Shown: piece after piece, positions 37,825 to 41,616 of the stretch | How the letters are laid out: every line of letters begins with the position of its first letter | Numbering within the stretch: position 1 is the stretch's first letter | Origin: a bacterium | GTDB taxonomy: Bacteria; Hydrothermota; 32-111 | Length of the DNA stretch: 41,616 nt | Reading direction: 5' to 3' | Assembly: GCA_050239825.1 (NCBI GenBank) | Contig: JBFXGO010000021.1 | Location: forward strand, 1-41,616 | Program-made: the position numbers and the translations under genes | Notes under the pieces: generated by a model | What the model saw: the letters and a program-made list of their open reading frames with translations, nothing else | What the model was told of the DNA's origin: nothing | Database searches by the model: none

Positions 37825-38997
37825 TTACTCTGTCATTCTCCTACCCTTGACATTCCTATCCTTTATTTCAAGCGACCTGCACTTCATTATAGCCCACTCT
37901 CCGTATTTTTCGCGTATTTCATCAATCGCATTTGATATTGCGGGTTTTGAATCGGAAGAGAATTCAAGCTTCATTTGTTTTCCTATTGGCCGTAAATTTG
38001 ATATTGAAATTCCTAAAAGGCGCACAGGCATTGCGAATTTTATAGTGTCGAATATAATCCTTGAATACTTTCCTATCTCTTCTGCGCTACTTATATGTTT
38101 TTGAATTTTTTTCTGTTTTGTGAAAGTGTGAAAATCGGCATACCTGACCGTGAGAGTCGCCACATTGCCCTCAACATTATGATGCTTCATCCTGAATGAG
38201 ACATGTTCGGATAAAATTGAAAGAAGAGAGAGCAGGGTCTGCCTGTCCATAGTATCCTTCTCCATTGTATGAGTATTCCCCACAGATTTTATCTCATCTT
38301 CAAGATTCCACATCATGTTTACGGAATCCCTTCCGTATGAAATCTCCCTTAATATGAATCCGTAGCTGTTGAAGTGTCTCTTCAGAATATTCATAGGATA
38401 ATCCCGCAGTTGCCTGACATAGTATATGCCAAGCGCATTGAGATGTTTTGTCGTCTGCCGTCCTATTCCGACTACATCCTCAACCCGCTTCTCTCCTATA
38501 TATGAATAGGCATCCTTCACAAGAGTGAGTCCGTCGGGCTTCATTTCTCCGGATGCCATCTTTGCCACAAGACGATTTTTTGCTATTCCCGCGGAGCATG
38601 TTATTTTTAGATTTTTCTTTATCTCTTTTTTTATCTCCTGCGCCATCATCACTGCATCATCCATGCTTTCTGCGTGAAAGAATCCTTCATCGACAGAATA
38701 TATGTCGACATTGCCCGCAATGCGTTCAACTATTGAAAATATCTCTTTAGAGATGCTGACATACTTATCCATATCCGGTTCAACAGATATAAGGCTGGGG
38801 CATTTCCTGTATGCTTCAAACATTGACATGCCTGCCTTTATTCCGTATTCACGAGCCTTGTAGGAGGCGGCTGATACGACTGTTCTGCTTTTTTCGCTGC
38901 CTCCGACGGCAAACGGAAATTTGGCAAAATAAGGCTTTGAGGCAAGTTCAACAGAGGCGAAGAATGCGTCCATGTCAATATGGGCAAACCATTTCAT
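37825..38997 (-). CDS. dinB: DNA polymerase IV (Y family)
   Basis: HIDMDAFFASVE, AASY.AR.YGI, SVDE, AKMAS...KPDG, VRLLGI, QMKLEF clamp-like motif. Confidence 0.93.
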   Translation of the reverse strand: MKWFAHIDMDAFFASVELASKPYFAKFPFAVGGSEKSRTVVSAASYKAREYGIKAGMSMFEAYRKCPSLISVEPDMDKYVSISKEIFSIVERIAGNVDIYSVDEGFFHAESMDDAVMMAQEIKKEIKKNLKITCSAGIAKNRLVAKMASGEMKPDGLTLVKDAYSYIGEKRVEDVVGIGRQTTKHLNALGIYYVRQLRDYPMNILKRHFNSYGFILREISYGRDSVNMMWNLEDEIKSVGNTHTMEKDTMDRQTLLSLLSILSEHVSFRMKHHNVEGNVATLTVRYADFHTFTKQKKIQKHISSAEEIGKYSRIIFDTIKFAMPVRLLGISISNLRPIGKQMKLEFSSDSKPAISNAIDEIREKYGEWAIMKCRSLEIKDRNVKGRRMTE

Positions 38998-39233
38998 GCA
39001 AGTATACTCTCCACTTCAAGGAGATACCACCTGCTCATTGAGGGAATGTAAAGAAGATGGTAGTAAAAAGAACCGCATATAACAGAAAAATGCTGATTGA
39101 TCCCTGTTTCATCAACTGTCTTCCACTGGTATGTCTGAGTATCTATTTTCAACTTTCTCTTATTCCATATAAAATATAAAGGCTTGATTTTACCCTCCGA
39201 AAACATTGTGATGACATATACGGATTCTTTCAT
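38994..39233 (-). CDS. Small hypothetical protein translationally coupled to dinB
   Basis: 79 aa; P..F.W..R, W, F.V, W.L pattern; ATGA-type overlap with dinB. Confidence 0.75.
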   Translation of the reverse strand: MKESVYVITMFSEGKIKPLYFIWNKRKLKIDTQTYQWKTVDETGINQHFSVICGSFYYHLLYIPSMSRWYLLEVESILA

Positions 39234-39268
39234 AGAATTAAGTTTAATGTTTTTGTTTAAGTTTATAT

Positions 39269-39853
39269 TTAAATGCTTTTAATATAACCGACAACCTTGC
39301 CTATTATCGAAAAATCATCCGTCTTTTTTATCATTATAGGAGAGAATTTTTCATTCTCCGGCAAAAGAGATATTTCACCATTTCTCTCCGCATATCTCTT
39401 TATGGTGAGTTCTCCATTAAGGAGAGCTACCACAATATCCCCGTCAATGCAATGGAGGGACTTATCAACGAGGACCATGCCATTATGTTCAAGACCTGCA
39501 TCAATCATGCTTTCTCCGTTTATTTTTAGAAAAAATCTATTTTTGTTCACACCCTCCATAATGAATGAATCTTCAACATTTGATTCGCTTGCAAGAGGAA
39601 GACCTGCTGAAATTCTGCCAAGAAGAGGAACTATTGAAAACTCCCCTCTTGATATTATACCTCTTGATATTCTGTCGTTCTTATCTATAAGACCAATCTT
39701 CTGAAGATTTTTCACATGAACAAAGACCGCCTTTGTGCTTTTAAAGCCAAGGTCCGATACTATCTCCCTTACAGTAGGAGAGTAGCCATTCTTATTTCTG
39801 AACTTTTCTATTGATTCAAGAACCCGCCTCTGAGCTCTGCTTGCCTCTTTCAT
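39269..39853 (-). CDS. lexA: LexA repressor
   Basis: GYSPTVREI HTH, Ala-Gly cleavage site (ISAGLP), GESMIDAG Ser, TIKR Lys. Start at MKEASR with GGAG RBS. Confidence 0.93.
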   Translation of the reverse strand: MKEASRAQRRVLESIEKFRNKNGYSPTVREIVSDLGFKSTKAVFVHVKNLQKIGLIDKNDRISRGIISRGEFSIVPLLGRISAGLPLASESNVEDSFIMEGVNKNRFFLKINGESMIDAGLEHNGMVLVDKSLHCIDGDIVVALLNGELTIKRYAERNGEISLLPENEKFSPIMIKKTDDFSIIGKVVGYIKSI

Positions 39854-39863
39854 AATTCTCCTT

Positions 39864-39881
39864 TGTAAACATTTGTTTACA
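39864..39881. promoter_or_regulatory. Candidate LexA operator TGTAAAC-ATTT-GTTTACA
   Basis: Palindrome with perfect 7-bp arms, lying between the -10 box and the RBS of lexA. Confidence 0.75.
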
Positions 39882-39908
39882 TTATAGCAAAAAAGCAATA
39901 GATGTCAA
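39881..39908 (-). promoter_or_regulatory. lexA promoter
   Basis: TTGACA-N16-TATAAT. Confidence 0.8.
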
Positions 39909-39982
39909 GAGCATTCAACAGTCAATAATCAATAAAATAAAAGATAATTCAGTTTCGAGTTACGGGTTACGAGTTTAAATAC

Positions 39983-40628
39983 AATACGGGCAGATGATTA
40001 AATGACTTGTCTTTACAATTCCGAGGAAAAATTCCAGTGCAGCCAGTAAATCAGCCCTGAGCCGTGAGCCTTGTGCCGTGAGCTTAATACGGGGAGCTGA
40101 GTAAATAACTTGCCTTTACAATTCCGAGGAAAAATTCCAGTGCATCTCCGCACTGCTATTCAATGTTTTTCCGAGGACAAGCAAGTCAATTCTTATTGAG
40201 AATGAAAGCTACAAGTCGGCGAGGACGCTCCGCGAAGACGCCCATCAAGTGGTTGTCCCCTTGCTACGCTATCCCATCTTGATTAAGCGGCGAAGCGGAG
40301 TGTGTGAGCCGACGCTACACCCGCGTGCAGCCCCCCAAGTCAGCCCTGAGCCGTGAGCCATGCGCCTTGAGCTTAATGCGGGGAGCTGAGTAAATGACTT
40401 GCCTTTACAACTCCGAATGAGAAGCCTGTCCACAGCGCTCGTCTTTTCAATGCTTCTCATGAGGACAATCAAATCAATTCTTATTGAAAGTGAAAGCTGC
40501 AAGTCGGCGAGGACGCTCCGCGAAGACGCCCATCAAGTGGGCGCCCCCTTGCTACGCTAACCCATCTTGATTAAGCGGCGAAGCGGAGTGTGTGAGCTGA
40601 CGCTATGCCCGCGTGTAGCCCACTAAGT
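39983..40628 (+). repeat. Tandem ~289-bp structured repeat: internally deleted copy 39983-40050, full copies 40051-40339 and 40340-40627
   Basis: Direct alignment, e.g. TCAGCCCTGAGCCGTGAGCC at 40051 and 40340 and AAGTCGGCGAGGACGCTCCGCGAAGACGCCCATCAAGTGG twice; nested inverted repeats within each unit. Confidence 0.92.
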
Positions 40629-40668
40629 CAATCTTCAATAATCAATAAACTGATAGACCCTTCACGAT

Positions 40669-40745
40669 AGTCATAACCATAGAGGCGTTCAGGGTGACAT
40701 TGTTGAGTCATAACCACAGAGGCGTTCAGGGTGACACGGTTGAGT
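40669..40745. repeat. 37-bp tandem duplication overlapping a REP-like palindrome
   Basis: AGTCATAACCA(T/C)AGAGGCGTTCAGGGTGACA..GTTG at 40669 and 40706. Confidence 0.85.
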
Positions 40746-40817
40746 AAGATTTTGTTTTTACTGACTACTGATGTGAGAATGAATGCTACGCACGCGTGCC
40801 ACCCCGTAGTTCTCCCC

Positions 40818-40846
40818 TTGCATAATTCTTTACAATATAATATACT
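40818..40846 (+). promoter_or_regulatory. amrS promoter
   Basis: TTGCAT-N17-TATACT ending 8 nt before the ATG. Confidence 0.6.
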
Positions 40847-40854
40847 TCTTTAAT

Positions 40855-41616
40855 ATGAGAAGAGCGGAATTTTTCGAACAACTTGAACACAACAAGGTCA
40901 GATGCACACTATGCCCTCACTATTGCATTCTTTCAGAGAATCAGACGGGGCTATGCTTAGGAAAAAAGAATATCGGAGGCGAACTCATTGCTGTTAACTA
41001 TGAAAAAGTATTGACAATCGCAGATGACCCTATTGAAAAGAAGCCGCTCTACCATTTCCACCCCGGCACAATGATAATATCAACTGCCCAGTATGGCTGT
41101 AATCTCAGATGTCCATTCTGCCAGAATTACGACATTTCGCAGAGGTATGAAGAGACCGCTTCCCTTCCAATAGAGGGTCTGTACAATATTCTTAAAAGCA
41201 AAAATAGAAAATCAATAGCATTCACTTATACCGAACCTCTTATGTGGTATGAGTATATACTCGATTTCGGAAAAAAGTATTCAAAAGAGATTGAAATTGT
41301 TCTTGTGACAAATGCCACCCTCAATGAAGAGCCTCTGAAAATGATTATTCCTTATATTAAGGCAGTTAATGTTGATTTAAAATCATTTAGTAAGGATTTT
41401 TACAAAAGAGAGTTGAAGGGAGACCTTGAAATAGTCAAAAATGCAATCCGACTTTTTCATTCAGAGAGCGTACACCTTGAAATCACAAATCTTTTGATCC
41501 CCGGCAAAAATGACAATCCTTATGAATTCAGAGAGATGACCGACTTCATAGCATCAGTTTCAGATGATATTCCTCTTCATATTTCAAGATATTTTCCGAA
41601 TTTCAAATACTCTCTT
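40855..41616 (+). CDS. amrS: AmmeMemoRadiSam system radical SAM enzyme, partial (runs off the window)
   Basis: Manual translation: MRRAEFFEQLEHNKVRCTLCPHYC...DPIEKKPLYHFHPG...GCNLRCPFCQNYDISQ...AFTYTEP...NVDLK...PLHISRYFP. Absent from the ORF track. Confidence 0.92.
   Translation, partial: MRRAEFFEQLEHNKVRCTLCPHYCILSENQTGLCLGKKNIGGELIAVNYEKVLTIADDPIEKKPLYHFHPGTMIISTAQYGCNLRCPFCQNYDISQRYEETASLPIEGLYNILKSKNRKSIAFTYTEPLMWYEYILDFGKKYSKEIEIVLVTNATLNEEPLKMIIPYIKAVNVDLKSFSKDFYKRELKGDLEIVKNAIRLFHSESVHLEITNLLIPGKNDNPYEFREMTDFIASVSDDIPLHISRYFPNFKYSL

Noticed and set aside
252..38750. Numerous short plus-strand and nested ORFs in the track
   Set aside because: They are antisense or off-frame shadows of well-supported minus-strand genes, with no motifs.
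37825..39853. Prophage or ICE origin for the lexA-dinB cassette
   Set aside because: No integrase, phage or conjugation genes, and the flanks are housekeeping genes.
40269..40502. 77-aa ORF inside the repeat array
   Set aside because: No RBS or recognisable motif, it straddles two repeat units, and it is better explained as a by-product of the structured repeat.
40051..40627. Hammerhead ribozyme, T-box, tRNA or group II intron identity for the repeat
   Set aside because: I could not find CUGAUGA/GAAA core geometry, a T-box sequence, a cloverleaf or a domain V motif by eye; a covariance-model search is still needed.
40669..40745. Possible mini-CRISPR (37-bp repeats)
   Set aside because: The copies are directly adjacent with no unique spacer, and there are no cas genes in the window.

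Overview
Bacterial chromosomal window with almost all genes on the minus strand. The gene content (T9SS SprA, CTD-bearing secreted proteins, a DUF2723 glycosyltransferase, a Firmicutes-like tilS-hpt-ftsH-folE-folP-cdaA block, an Mrp-Mbx-like complex) suggests an anaerobic, peptide-fermenting diderm candidate-phylum organism; WOR-3/TA06-like is my inference only. From left to right: partial lamin-tail protein, asnS, rnpB; an apparent ~14.4 kb operon (beta-rich secreted protein, M42 peptidase, 13-gene Mrp/complex I-like cluster, rex, gamma-CA, M14 carboxypeptidase); pruA; a lipoprotein trio; an RRM protein; sprA, nfo, DUF2723, cdaA, folP, folE, ftsH, hpt, tilS; a lexA-small ORF-dinB SOS cassette; a ~1 kb non-coding region; and a partial amrS on the plus strand. 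Main candidates for novelty: (1) a tandem array of a ~289-bp structured, ncRNA-like element with compensatory stem changes, separated by heptamer runs; (2) an intact but apparently catalytically eroded Mrp-Mbx/complex I-like operon; (3) a candidate SOS box TGTAAAC-N4-GTTTACA; (4) complementary 5' and 3' UTR segments bracketing the RRM gene; (5) a FolE with substituted triphosphate-binding residues.
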